A model generated the notes under the pieces. The model did not search any database. It had not been told where the DNA came from and saw only the letters and a program-made list of their open reading frames with translations. Of a stretch of DNA of 64,000 bases, positions 24,791-37,700 are shown piece after piece. This DNA is from Lama guanicoe. Its lineage: Eukaryota. Positions within the stretch are counted from its first letter, which is position 1, and each line of letters begins with the position of its first letter. Where the stretch lies: assembly GCA_013239625.1 (NCBI GenBank), contig MU054220.1:2913374-2977373 (forward strand). Reading direction: 5' to 3'. The position numbers and the translations under genes are program-made.

Positions 24791-27700
24791 TCTCCTGCCT
24801 CTCAACCAGGACTCCCCCCACCCCCTGCCCCCCAGTACTGAAGCTGTGCTGCTGTGGACTCCACCATCAGGGAGCACTACAGCCCAATTCAAAGGCCAGC
24901 ACCTCTGTCCCAAATCTCTGCTCCTCTGGGGGATCAACAGCTGTGAATCATTCAGAAGCTTGCTGAAATACAGAATCTCAGGCTCCTCCCAGACCTCCAG
25001 AATCAGAATCTGCATTTTAGTAAGATCCCCTGGTGATTCCTTTGCACATCGAAGTTTCAGAAGCACTGTCCCAGAAAACTGAACTTTACCTCAAGCTTCT
25101 GTTTCCAAGTTGCCTTTCTTTGCTTCTAGTTTGTTTCTACTAAACATCCTTTCTTTGAGATCCTGGTTTCTGCCTTCTCTTTGGCTCTCTAGAAGTGCTG
25201 TTACTTCCAACTTCCCTCCAGAGTCAAGCCCTCCAGGGCTCCTCCAGGAAGGGAGGCCTCACGATGACCTCCCCCAGGAGCCCAAGCCTCCAGGCAGAGA
25301 ATGGGCAGCTACTGCTAGGGCACCACCTGTGAGGCCAGCCAAAGGATGCTCTGTGTAACACCAAAGGAACAGGGAGCAGGGCTGCTACTGGGCAAACACC
25401 CACTGGGGCCAGTGGGCACATCCTTCCACCAGAGAGAACCTTGGGCCTTTGTTCTCCCCTAGAGCCCTCCTCTCCACGTGGCCAGTTTCTCTTTACTCCC
25501 ATGAGTGGAGCCTCTGAAGACAACGGGCCTGGGCATTGGAGGTGGCAGTGTCTGGGCAGGCAGCTCACCTTTGGCAGCCCTAAACTGAGCTCACATGGCT
25601 GAAATTCAGAGCACATGGTCATGTGTGAACAGTTTAAGCTCACCCTTTGGATTAAACAACATGCATAGCTGAGCTGCATTACGTCAGTGCTCTGGAACCA
25701 GCAGCAGACAACTGGAGGAAACCAAATCGGAAATTTCCAAAAATACTGAAAGGACTCAGTAATTCAGGGACTCCATGGAGCTAGCCCTTTAAAATAAGAC
25801 AGGCAGATCTTTAGGGAAGGACTTCTCTAGAAATGGCAGAAATGTTGAGGAATGTTTTGTTTATTTGTTATTAATAGGAGGAGGGAGGACAGTGAACACT
25901 TTTTTTGGGTCTAGACTGTCCTTGACCAAGTTTCTCTGCTTCAAGCCAAGGTCATTTAACTGTAATGATGACATCATTGGCTGGCCCAGACTGGCTACAT
26001 AGGATATTAATAGAAATTAATTTCTCCTAAGTAATTAAGAGAGCCCCATGGAAAAGTATACCCCAAACCCACAATCCATAGCAGAGACTGATCTCTAAGA
26101 TCACTCGAATAAAAATATATCTATTCTTTCCTAATTTCAAAGAGAAAGATGAAGGTGAAAGTTTTTATCCCATTTGGGCAAATGGAAACATCTCCTCAGC
26201 AGCAGAAGAGTAAAGTGACTCCCTTGGGTACCAGTATAAACAGTTCCGAGAAACTCAAATGTCCTTGCCAGTAGACCACAGTTCTCAATTCCCCTCTTGC
26301 TGACCAGGTTCCAGGGAGGACACACCCAACGTGGACAGTCCAACAACGTTGAGCTAACAGCACTGGGAAGAGGGACACACCTCTCACCAGGTATTTGGGA
26401 TGGGGGTGGGGGTGGGGGTGTTCCCAGGTCACCTCATTTTTAATTCTGAGCAATGTGTGCTGAGATTTTATTTCTATCAACTCCCTCTGTCCCAAAAGCT
26501 CCTGAACACACGTGCAGCAAAGAGCCACAGAGAAAATGACTCAGAGTGAGGGGAATTGTTGCCAACACTTACCTAGGTTGCAGTAGGGAGAGAAAGGTAA
26601 GGAAAAACCGCAAGGATCTATTTTGAGTACCCATTTTAAAATCTAGAAGCAGCTCACATTCCACCCCCTCCCCTTTTTTTGGGTGAGTGTTTGGTTCTCA
26701 CTGCAATATTTCCTTCCAGATGCAGTAAATTTGAGGAAAGTGGGTCTGCGGGCAATGGCAAAGGGCTTAGCTAACTAGTGCTTGACAAAAAAAATCCTGA
26801 GGCTCATATTGCTACAATTAGCCTATAAACTTCCCACTACTACCAAGGCAAGGAGTCTGCTAGCCCTCCTCCTATGCTAATAATATGCATGTTCTTGGTT
26901 GCCTTCCTCTGTCCACTTTTGCTCTTAGAAAGTGCCATTCATGGTTATTTTAATCTGATTCATCTGCTGAAAAATGCTGTGTAGGAGTGAGTGTAGAAAG
27001 TGAAGGAGGATAACGGAGATACAGATTTTGATTTCCCCCATCTCCTGAAGATGGCCCAGGGCCCACTCTTCCTAGGGAGGCTTCTCAGAGGCAGCAACAG
27101 AAGTATTTGCAGAGCTATGATGTTATGCTACAGCACAATTCTCCCAGATGACTTCCAGACCCAGAAACAGCCACTGGAAGATTACACATATTGGAGTTAT
27201 GCAGAGGTACGGCTGGCTCCATCACTCCTCCCAAACCGCAAAAGCATGAAACAGTCTGCAGTTCTGATCTCACTCTGATCCTGGGAGCAAGGAGCGTGGC
27301 GGCGGGTAGGCGGTAGGAGTGCGTCTGTGTTCAGGCCCAGCAGCAGTTATCGTATTCGATTTGTTCTGTGTTATTTCACCTCTTTCTTCTGTTGCCAAAA
27401 CAAATCAAACCTCCCACCAATGCACTGCAACACATATCCCAAGTTGTCGGGCTCAGGTCTGGGGTTCTCAAGTCCAGTGCTTCTCTGGCTTTGCTGCACA
27501 TGGCAGCTTTAAAGACCCTAATGCCCAGGCCATAACCCAGAACAATGAAATCAGAATTGGGAGAGAAGGGGGCCCAGGCATCTCTTAAAGATCCTTAGGT
27601 GATTCCCATGTGCAGTAAGGTTGAGAAACACGGCTTGATTCTGTCTCCCTATTTTATTTACTTCATGGCACCTAGTTCTACTAAATTATGGTTGTTGACT

Positions 27701-29299
27701 TGTCTTCTTCCATGAAAATGTAGGCTCCAGGAGCTCTCAACACTGCATCTGCTTGTTCACTGCTGTGTCGCTAGCAGCACCTACAGCAGTGCTTGGCAGA
27801 TATTAGGCGCTCATTAAATAATTGCTCAATTAACACTTGCATTCCTACATGGCCTCTGACTTCAGGATTTGACGCAGACATCTGAGCTGCCACATCCCTT
27901 TTCTTTCACTTGCTCAAAAGCACAATCACAAGAGGGTGACAAGAATCCATAAACCTAGTTTCTAGTGCAACTGAGTTTAATTAGCAACAGAGGTTTTGTT
28001 GTTGATTTTTAATCTCCATTGCCACAAAGGAGCAGGGAGTCCTACGCAATGTCCCCCAAAACCCAATAGAAGAAGAAACTCCTTCCTGGCAATGTAACAA
28101 GCAAGTAGTCTGGATTCTATTTACTCTGCTCTGATTGGCACACTGCCATTGGCAGAGGGGCAAAGTCTCAAACTTGGTCCATCTTAGGGATAGTCGGTGG
28201 TTTGAGGTTATTTGTCAAACCCAACCTCCTATCTATAGAAACTGGAGCAAAGGCAGAGCAATAGAGCAGCCTGAAAACTGTGTGGGCAGGCTCTCCACAG
28301 GACTATCTTTAGTCACTCCCTCTATATAAATGGGGCAGGAGGTGGGCATTTAATAGACCCACTGCTAGGAGCATTCACTTTCCTAGCAGGGCACACACCT
28401 GGGAGAGGAAAGAACGGTGGACAGCCAGCATGCCGTGGGAATAATCCTGCCCCTCAGTGGAACAAGGCCACAAGCAAACATCCTCCAGAACAGTGCAAAC
28501 AAGCCAAAGGACTGCTGCGGGGCATGTTAGAGATGGGTACACAATGTCTCAGGACTCCTTGGTTTTAAACACTGATTACAGAGAAAACATCAACTACAGA
28601 CACCACACACTACACACCATCAATCTTTTCCCATGATCCTGTCGACTTAATCTCCTGGGAGTCATCAAAGAGGGGCCCTTGCTATCATCATAGCTTTCCT
28701 GCTCCCTAATCTTGCACATCAGCTGATAAAAGTCTAATCTATCATGGCTCAACTGTCCTTTAAAATCAATCTCTGAGAAGAGGAGGAAAGAAGGGACACT
28801 TTGTTTGCTTTTTTTCCTAGCAAACCCCGAAACTGCTGAGGGAATCCTCCAAATTGGGTTAAGTACCGCTCTCTGCTCTCTGGACACAAAGTGCCTCTAA
28901 CTGAACATGCCGTTGGGGTCTTTATCTGTAATAAAGGGGAGATGGCACTTGCCTTATATAATGCTAAGCTAGAGTCTCTAGATACCTCCAGAGACAGGAT
29001 GGTCTTGGAGGGAAACCAGGATAGGTAAAGAGATAGACTGAAACACACCAGAGGCTTAAAGATGACCTTCAGGAGCCCAGCAATGCCTGAAGAACACAGG
29101 CATACGCTGTGCTATCAATTCAGAAACCTGTTCCTGACTTCACACAATAGCTGTTGTCTTCCCCTCCCTGAGTACACCGCCGAGGGCCCAAGACCAGGAG
29201 TCTCCGTTCTGCCACTCACTGGCTCCAAGTCCTTGGGAAGGTCAACTTTATGTCTTTAGGGCTCAAGAGTCTCATCTGTGCAATGGGGATCAGGATCTC

Positions 29300-30060
29300 T
29301 GTCCCACAGGAATGCCATGAGAACCAAAGAGAATAATGCGCAGTGCGAACGCGCCCTGTGCCATCCAGGAACGGGACTAACTGCTTCCCTCGTCCCGGCT
29401 TCTCCTCTCCGGAGACCTGGCTCCGTCCCCCTGCCCCACCTCCCTCAGACCGGGGTCTTCCGGCAGAGGGACTCGGGGCAGAGTCCCTCCTCTGACAGCG
29501 GGCACCCCAGAGGCCAGACTGTGTTCCCCGAGCCCGCGACCCCACCCCAGACCCCTTCACCTCCATCGGTTGATCCCGACTGAGGAGGAGGCCGCGAACC
29601 AAGGGTCGAGGATGTAAACGCAACGCACGCAATGCGCCCCGCGCACGGCCGCCAGCAGCGCCGGGTTGTCATGGAGCCGCAGCCCCTTGCGGAACCAGTG
29701 CACTGAGGTGGCGCCTTCCGCGCCGGCCGCCGGCGCCGGGGCCGCCGCTGCCGCAGTAACCACAGCCGCCGCCATCACCGACCAGACTGCTCCGGACACT
29801 GCCGCTCCGCCCAGGTCCGTGCCGCGGGCCCCGCCCCCAGCCCGCCCAGTGACCTATGACGCCACCGCTCCTCTCTAGGCCCCCGCCCCCCGAGCCCTGG
29901 AGTGCCTCTACTATTGGCTGGGCGCCTCCCTCCGGGCGATTGGCTCAGATGCTAAGAGTCTGGCCCCGCCCCCTCACGTTCCCACCATGTGTGGGCCTGC
30001 CTGGGAGGAGCAAGAGGAGGGGGTGTGTGACGCAGGCCCGCGCTCGCTAAGGAGGTCTGG
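29300..30060 (-). promoter_or_regulatory. CRY2: CRY2 CpG island and promoter
   Basis: Dense CpG/GC around exon 1; GC boxes (CCCCGCCCC near 29829, 29881, 29964); CCAAT boxes on the minus strand at 29913-29917 and 29939-29943; E'-box CACGTT at 29975-29980. Confidence 0.88.
29561..29775 (-). CDS. CRY2: Cryptochrome 2, coding exon 1 (215 nt)
   Basis: ATG at 29775; encodes [72 protein letters not shown]; donor GAG|GTGAAG at 29560. Confidence 0.97.
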
Positions 30061-31502
30061 GTGTGGACGAAGTCCCGAGGGACAGAGGATCTCAGATGTA
30101 GGCCTACCGCTGGAAGCTGTATGGGCTGGCGGGGTGGGGGTGGGGGGTTGCTGTGAGTGACTTACAGGACGGACAACCCATCTCCTACGTCATCATCGTC
30201 ATCAATATCACCGTCATCTACCGCACTCTATATATATACATCGTTAGAACATTCTACTTCACCTGCCATTTATTGAGTGCATTTTATATGCCAAGCAGTG
30301 TGATGATACCTTTACAGGACTGTGTCATTTACTACTCTCACCTCAGCCAAGCTGCATTCATTTCAACAAACCCTAGTGAAAGAGCTGTTATTTTCATTTT
30401 ACAAAGAAAACTGAGGCTGCTGCCGGGTAAGTGACTTGTTCAGTATCAGAAGTCTAATAAAAGGGTTCTACCCGATTATTCTGAATCGGAAGCTTCTGCT
30501 TTTATCCACAAAACTATACTTCCCTCTGCCCTGAGCAACTTGGCGTTTACAAGTGGTAGAGTTCAAACGGTGGGGAGAAGTGCCCTGATGTGCAGCAGCA
30601 GAGAGGTTGGGAGTGGGGACTGGAAATGTGGAGGTCGTGGGTTGAGCTAGTGACTGTGCCATCAGATGAATTTTTCTTTTAATTCTATGTTTAGTAGACT
30701 CAGTAGTACCTCTTTATGCAAAGCACTGACCTGGAGCCTGTGTGGGATTCAGAGATGTGAAGGACTGTCCCCACTCCTCCTCAAGGCAGACAGGTGGAGC
30801 TCTCTCATTCTTCTGGAGTCTAGCACAGAACTTACTGGTTGAATGAATGAATGACAGGAGAAGCATATGAACACTGCAATGAAGCCTTGATGGTGGGCTA
30901 AGCTAACCTAGTCAGGTTGACCCTCTGGGGTTATCAAGTGAAGAGTCTGTCTCAGTTTGGCTCTTGGTTGTGCCCATGCCCAGAACCCTTCCTGAACTTG
31001 GGAAATAGCAATGAAGAATTTAGCAATTCCGTCAGCAATTTAGTAGCATCAATTGGCACAACTGTATAAGCCAAAGTGTTGTTGCAATCCTAGGCTCTCT
31101 CATTGCCATTTGCTTTGTACAAATTGTTCCCTCAAGCCTGGATCACACTCAGCACCCCACCCCCTTTTACCTCCAGTTTGTTCTGTGTCACTGCCCTGTG
31201 TCACTGCTCACTTGCTGTCTGGTCACTGCCTGCATAGTGCCTCACTCATTCTGTGCTTCCTCTTATCACTGGCCTTAGTCCATGGTACTTGAATTTCTTT
31301 CTTGTCTGTCTGCCTCATTAGACTATAAACTCCTGGAGGGCAAGGGTCGTGGCTCATTTACAGCTGTATTTTCAGGGTCTAGCTCAGTGCTTGGCACTTA
31401 ATGCTCAAGGATTATTTGAATAAAAATTGGACAGGGGCTAGAATTTCAGGTTGGCAGAAACCTTTAATGATCTATCCCAGTCCTAAACCTGTCCTTATTT
31501 TT

Positions 31503-31614
31503 TGGGGGGGTAGGTAGTTAGGTTTATTTATTTTTTAAATGGAGGTCCTGGGGAATGAACCTAAGACCTCGTGTGTGCTCAGCATGAGCTCTACCACTGA
31601 GCTCTGCCCTCCCC
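31503..31614 (-). mobile_element. tRNA-derived SINE (camelid Vic-1-like)
   Basis: Reverse complement GGGGAGGGCAGAGCTCAGTGGTAGAG...GGTTCATTCCCCAGG with A/B boxes and an AATAAATAAACCTAA tail; flanking imperfect repeat TGTC(C/T)TTATTTTT. Confidence 0.8.
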
Positions 31615-33271
31615 ACCTTTGTCTTTATTTTTGAATCCCATCACCAAATGCTTGCTGAGTGAGGAGATGCTACAGCTCATTATTTTTCTTTTAAAAAAAA
31701 CTATGTATGTATGTATTTAAATTGAGGTATAGTTAGTTGATCATTACTTTTCTTTTGAAGCTTTTTATTCCCCTTTCTCTCCACAAGTTTGATGCTCTAC
31801 TAGGAATGGAACATAGAGTGGAGGGAGATAGTCCTTCCCTGTAGCCTCAAAGATGGGTATTCTCTTTTTCTCCTCTGAACTCCCATGATGCTTTCTGTAT
31901 AGAGTGTGAGCTCCATGAGGGCAGGGACTGTGTTTATCTTGCTCAACAGTGTATTCCCAGCCCCTTATTTGGTACCTGATATGTAGTAGGTGCTCAATAA
32001 ATATTTGCTGAATGATTGTCATTTATCTCTTTCTATCCTATTAGGCTCTTACGAGAGGCAGTGTGGTATAATGGTTAAACTCAAAGTCTTGCACTTTTGG
32101 ACTCACTCCGTTCAAATTCTCGTACTGCTTTTATTCTATGTGACCTTGGGTAAACTAGTTGACCTTTCTGTTCCCCCCTTTCTTAATCTTTACAGTAGAG
32201 ATGATAGTAGTAGCTAGGATATAGTAAATATTTAATAATAATCAGCTACTGTTATTCTGGCCAGCAGGAACAGTGTCTGCTTTTGTCTTGCCACACTTCG
32301 CCCTGAGTCTTTACATATGAGTGCTCCATAAATTTCTGAGTGAATATAGAATTTTAATCAGTTTTTTAAAGTCCTCAAAATTATACCTATAATGAAAAAC
32401 AAAGAGAAGTAATCACTACCAACCTCCTAAATCAAACAAATCAATTATTTTTTATCTTCATGTTGCCTTCCAGATTTTGTCCATAAACATCAGAGTCCTA
32501 CAGCTTTAATCAAGGCAGAGATACAGTGTTACATGATTTTTAAACAAAATATTAAGCATGTTTCATATTGCTATGTCACTGTGTTTTAATGACTGTGTAG
32601 TTCTTCAGCCAAGTTGATAAAGATGAATTATTTTATTGAATGATTGAGTATTGTTTGGATATAACAACAGGGAAACATTCAAGAATCAGGAAGTAAATCT
32701 GGCACTTGATAGAATTCTGGAGTGCAAAGTCCACTTTTAGATTTTACAGTTCAGAAGGGACATAGAGATATTAGAGAGAGACCAAAGAAAGCTGTAAATC
32801 TCTAAGTAGGTGAAATATAATCATATACTATTACATCTTTGAGAAAAATGAGAACTGTGCTATACATCTTGTTATTTCTTTATTTATATATCTACACCCT
32901 GTTACTTACAAGCATCTCTGAAGAGCGGTTGCCATGAGGATGCCAAAAAGCCCTTGTTTCCACTAAGGGCAGAACAAAAGAATGTTTACGCTATAAAGAG
33001 TAAGAGATTTAAGGAAGGACTTTATACTAAGTGATTTAGGAATGAGAGAAATTAGCCAAGTAGCTGGGGGTTTCTTTCTTTGCTGAAGATATTTAAGAAG
33101 ACAGAGGTCAGTTCCGTTTTGTCTTTTTGTTGTAGTCGTACATGGAGACTGGATTAGGCATTTTTTTACATTCCCTAAGAACTACGCTTTGGGTAAATGT
33201 TTGATGATTGGTTGAAAGGTAACCAGGGGTAGGAGGGAGGAAGGGATGTCCCTGGCGAGTTTAAGTGGCCC

Positions 33272-33288
33272 GCGCCCTCTAGTGGTCA
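33272..33288 (-). promoter_or_regulatory. Candidate CTCF binding site
   Basis: Minus strand reads TGACCACTAGAGGGCGC, a close match to the CTCF core CCASYAGRKGGCRS; it lies in a small CpG-retaining patch (about 33250-33380). Confidence 0.7.
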
Positions 33289-34288
33289 GACTGGGAAAGA
33301 AGCGTCCGCTGTGCTTCAGGCTGAGCCGGGAGCATCCGGGGGCATCCTGGTCTCTAGTTAGGCGCAGTGTGCAGCCGCAGCCTTTCTATCTACAATTGAC
33401 TCCAAAGCTTAGAATTTGAAAACTGGTGGCCAGAGGGGCAAACTAGTTTTGGAAATTAGGAATTTGAGGCCTTTTGCCAGGTTCACTGCCCCCCAGTTTG
33501 CTTCAGGCTCCACCTGAGTTGGACTCTGGGAAGGTTAGAGGACATGAAAAGAACAAGAAGGTGGTCATCTTCTTCAGAGTTCAGGCAAGTAACAGGCAAG
33601 GGAAGACGCCAGGGTGCAAGTCAACAGGTAGCCCCTTGTTAGTATTACTAAATCTAAATTGCACCCTCAATATGTAAATGAGTGAAACTGAGGCTGCCCT
33701 GGTTGAAGCAGAAATGGGGACTAGGAGCCCACTTGACTCCCCCTTGTGCTCCAAGGGGGCTCCCTAACCTTCCTAGAGGCACTAGTCTCATCTAGTTTCC
33801 TTCCCCCTATTTTATAGATAAGGAAACTTAAGGTATGGGAGGTGGGGGTGACTTTGGACACACAGCTGAAGACCAGTGTATCTCAAAGACAGTGGAAAGT
33901 GGACCTTGCTTCACAGGGTTATGTTAGGATTAACTGAGATGAAGATGTAAAGAGACTCGCTCAGGCCCTGCATACAGTGGGCCCTCAATACATTCCTTCC
34001 CTCCCTCTGATGCAGGGGAATGAAAAATGAGATAAGGCAGGGACCCTGTGCATAGCGATCTGGAGAGGAAGCAGAGAGAGTTTCGCTAGCTGGACGGGAA
34101 CTCGTTAATATAACTCTTCTGTGACTGCAGAGCAGCCTGGGAGCCAGACTGAAGGCCTGGTGGAAATGCAGCTGCCCCCAACCAGCCCCACCCTCACCCC
34201 ACAGTCTCTCTCTACCTGCCTGGGGCTCCTCTAGGACTATCTCCTCCTCCCAAGACAGCTCTACCTGGACCTGATGGGGAGTGGGAGT

Positions 34289-34730
34289 TGTAGAAATAAA
34301 CAAAGACCACCCAAATGAGAACAAACAGGATATTTACTCAGAGCTTGCTATATAGCAAGGGAGTCAGCCACCATCGCTTGTAATTTGGCAAGGATTCGAA
34401 GGCAGGCAGATGAGTAGGAAAGCTTTACAGTGAGAAAACGGAACGCTTCAGGTGGGTCCTGACTGGGAGCAGTTAAACTGATGGGGAAACCGGAGGTAGG
34501 CTAATTAGAAGGGGGCAGGGAGTCTTGTGTGATTGGTTGGTCCTCAGTTGGGAGTAGGGGGTAGAAGCCAAAAATAGGGAAGTGGGCAGTCATTCCCCAA
34601 ATGACTGTTCTGGGTTCACTGATGCGGAGGTAGTGGTTTGGCTTCCAGGACTGATTGCTGCAGAAGCTGTGAGTCAGTCCTATTGTCATATATGGTTTGG
34701 CCAATGTCTGTTGTAATTCAGTCTCTGAGT
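34289..34730 (-). mobile_element. Probable ERV solo LTR
   Basis: Minus-strand CCAAT elements, AGTAAA poly(A)-like signal (plus TTTACT near 34334) and a CA terminus; family not identified. Confidence 0.45.
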
Positions 34731-37700
34731 GTTCTGAGAGGGAACCCAGCTATGTGATTTGGGACACAGTGCTAACTTCTCTGTGCCTTGGTTTCCTCAT
34801 CTGTGAAATGGGGATGTTAATAGTATCTGTCTCAGAAGTTAACACATGTCAAGTCTTAGAAAAGCCCCTGGCATGTGATGAGTAGCTAACAAATGTTAGC
34901 AATAATAGTAACGGTTATTATTATTTTTTTAACAATGATGATGATGGTGGTGATGGTGCTCAGTAGAAAGAGCACTGGCCTGGGAGGAGGGGAGCGGGTT
35001 CTGCCCTATCACCCTGTGGCCTTGGGCAAGTCAGTCACGCATTCCGAGCCTCAGGCTTGTCTGGACTCTGGGGCTGGACTCTGATTTCCAAACGCATTCC
35101 CAGCTTGAACTTTATAAATTCCCCACTGGTGCTCAGCGACATCCTGCTGTTGCCCCTATACCAGTAACCACCAGCCTTTCTCCCCCACACCACCCACAGC
35201 CTTCCGTTATCTAAGCTCCCGGCACACCTGGACCAGGTGCTTCAGTGCAGCAGGCTCTGCTGTCCCCGTTTTAGCCAGTTTCAGGTCCTAAATTTAGCCC
35301 TTTCATGGGAGCCAGTTTGCGGTGGGGGCAGGCGCTGGGAGAGGGCTGTTTCTGGTGAGGCAGCTGTGGAAGCAAATCAGACAGGAGGACCAAGTACCAC
35401 ATTCTGTTTTGTCCTTGGTGCCTCAGTCATTCAACCCTTTGGGGTCTCAGTTTTCTCATTTAACAACTAAATTTCACGTTTGTTGACTCCTTAAATCATC
35501 TTGTTATCTCTCATCTGCATCAAAACTGGGGTCTTTGGCCCCACATGGATTCAAACCCATCCAGACACACTGCACGTCTTGCGCTTTTACGTGTGTACTG
35601 TTGCACATAAGGCTGTTCAGTTGTGTCCTGAGAGCTGAGGCCACCTGAATTTTGAACTATTTAGGTTTCTCTTAAATCTTGTCCAAGTGCAAATAACATT
35701 GAGTGTTGTCTCAATTTTCTGATCATACGAAGGGTGCAGAAATGATTATGGCCCCTTCTCTGTTTAAGGAAGCTGGTGATGGCTTTTAAAATAGATAGAA
35801 TTAAGTCCGGATTGACCATGGCATTTAAGGCTGTTCACGCCATGGCCCACCCTCATTTTCTATCCCTCCCCTAATCACCCCTGCCAAAACCTCTCACCAC
35901 TCCCCAGATGTGCTCTTCCCCCAGCTTCACCTTGTTTTCTAGTCTATCTTTCCTCCTGGAGTCCCCTACTCAGCCAGTAAGACTCAGTTCAAACATTCTG
36001 GCCCTTTTGAAGACTTGGTCTTTCCATCTTCTGAGACCTCAGGGCAATATGTTATTACTTCCATTATTTCACCTGTTACTGGGGTCTTGATGCATATTTA
36101 TATGCAAGCCCCTCGAAGCAGATTTGGATCTTTGTATCAGTATGAAGTATGTGCCTGGCACATAGATGATGCTGAAAAAATGCTGGGTATAGTTAAGGAC
36201 ACTGTGGTTAAGTACCTATGCTCTGCAGGTAGAGACCTCCATCTGAATCCTACTGCTGCCTCTTCCTTCTGTGCACCTCCCTGAGCCTTGGTGTTCTCAT
36301 CTGTAAAATGGGGGATCAGTGATGGCGCCTGCTTCACAGCACACGGGAGGCTGATTCGAGCACTCAGCAGGGTCCTGCCTCCAGCAAGGGCCCTATAAAT
36401 GGCAGTGGCTACTAATACAAAACTTGAGACCTGGAAGGAGCCCTGGTATTCAACCCCTGGCCAGAGGGAGAACGGGCTCCTAGAAAGCTGTCCTGCTGGA
36501 ACCCAGGCTTGGTGACGGCAGGGGTGAGCTTTCCCACCATTTACAGACCCACTGTTTCTCCTCAGAGCCTCGTTCCTAAATCCTGTCCAGACCCTGCCTG
36601 TTCCTTCTTTCACTCACTCCAAACATGCAGGATGTCTTACTCCGATTTTTAAATAAATTGCACGCAGTTCAGGGCATTGGGGCTCACCAAATTCATTAGA
36701 AACCACCTGGGATTGTGGGGGGAGCTGCGAGGGAGGGGTGGTGAGAAGACTCACTCTCCACAGCCTTTTGCCAGAGGGACTAAAAACATCAGGAGTTACC
36801 CAGCAGAGCTGGGTGGAACAAAACGCCCAACAGAAGGGACAGGAGCGGGGAAAGCCACCCTGAGGCCAGGAGGGTACTGCGAGTGGAAGAGAAGTTTCTT
36901 TCAGCCCTAAACTCAGGGAAGATTGTAATTGTTGGCTTAACACTTTCATCAGGGTCAGGTTACAACACCTGCCCTGCAGGGACCTGGATCCTGGGGGGCC
37001 CCACCGCACAGCTGAGGTGGAAGGCTCTGAGCTGACCCTCGCGTCATCAGCCCCCTTGGGAGAAGCAGAGGCAGCTCCCTGGCTCCACTTCCGGGAGGCT
37101 GTTACCTGAACCAGGCAGCTGTGCCAGGTGCTGGGAGACCTGAGCGCCAGTTTCCCCACAGGGCAGAGGAGTGAGGTGGGGAAAACCCGTGTCAGGGACT
37201 AGGGGAGGGTGTTAATGACCCTGCTTAACCTGTGAAAGACGCGGTTCTCCCATGTTCAAACAGTAGCGCAGACAGTGTGGAAAGGGCGCTCTCCCACGAT
37301 GGAGCCCATCCCCAGGCCGCTTCCTGGCAGCCCCTGCGGGTGCCGGGGCCAGGCTTGGGTGCAGCTCATCCTTCGCCCCTTTCCATGGGGCCTGCTGGTC
37401 TCAGTGCAGAGAAGAGGGAACATTTGTCTATTTCCTCCTCAGCCCAGCCCACACTTTCCTCCAAGGGAAGGCTGGTTTGTGGAGCCAAAGCTCTGTGGCT
37501 TGCCTGGGATGCAGAGATGTGAGGTTTCCCGAATCCCCACAGTTGGCTTGTGGTGGGGTCACAACCCTATCTCCCCTGAGTCTAGGTGAAGACTTAATGG
37601 CTTCACCAATACTGTCCCTTAAAGGTTGTGGCCTTTCCCCAACCCCAAAGGTCATGTGGAGGTAGAAGGCCCTGGAAGAGGGGCAGGAAGGGCTGCTGCC

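Noticed and set aside
29849..29862. RORE candidate (AGGTCA half-site) in the CRY2 promoter
   Set aside because: Lacks the AT-rich 5' extension (WAWNTRGGTCA) that ROR and REV-ERB monomers need.
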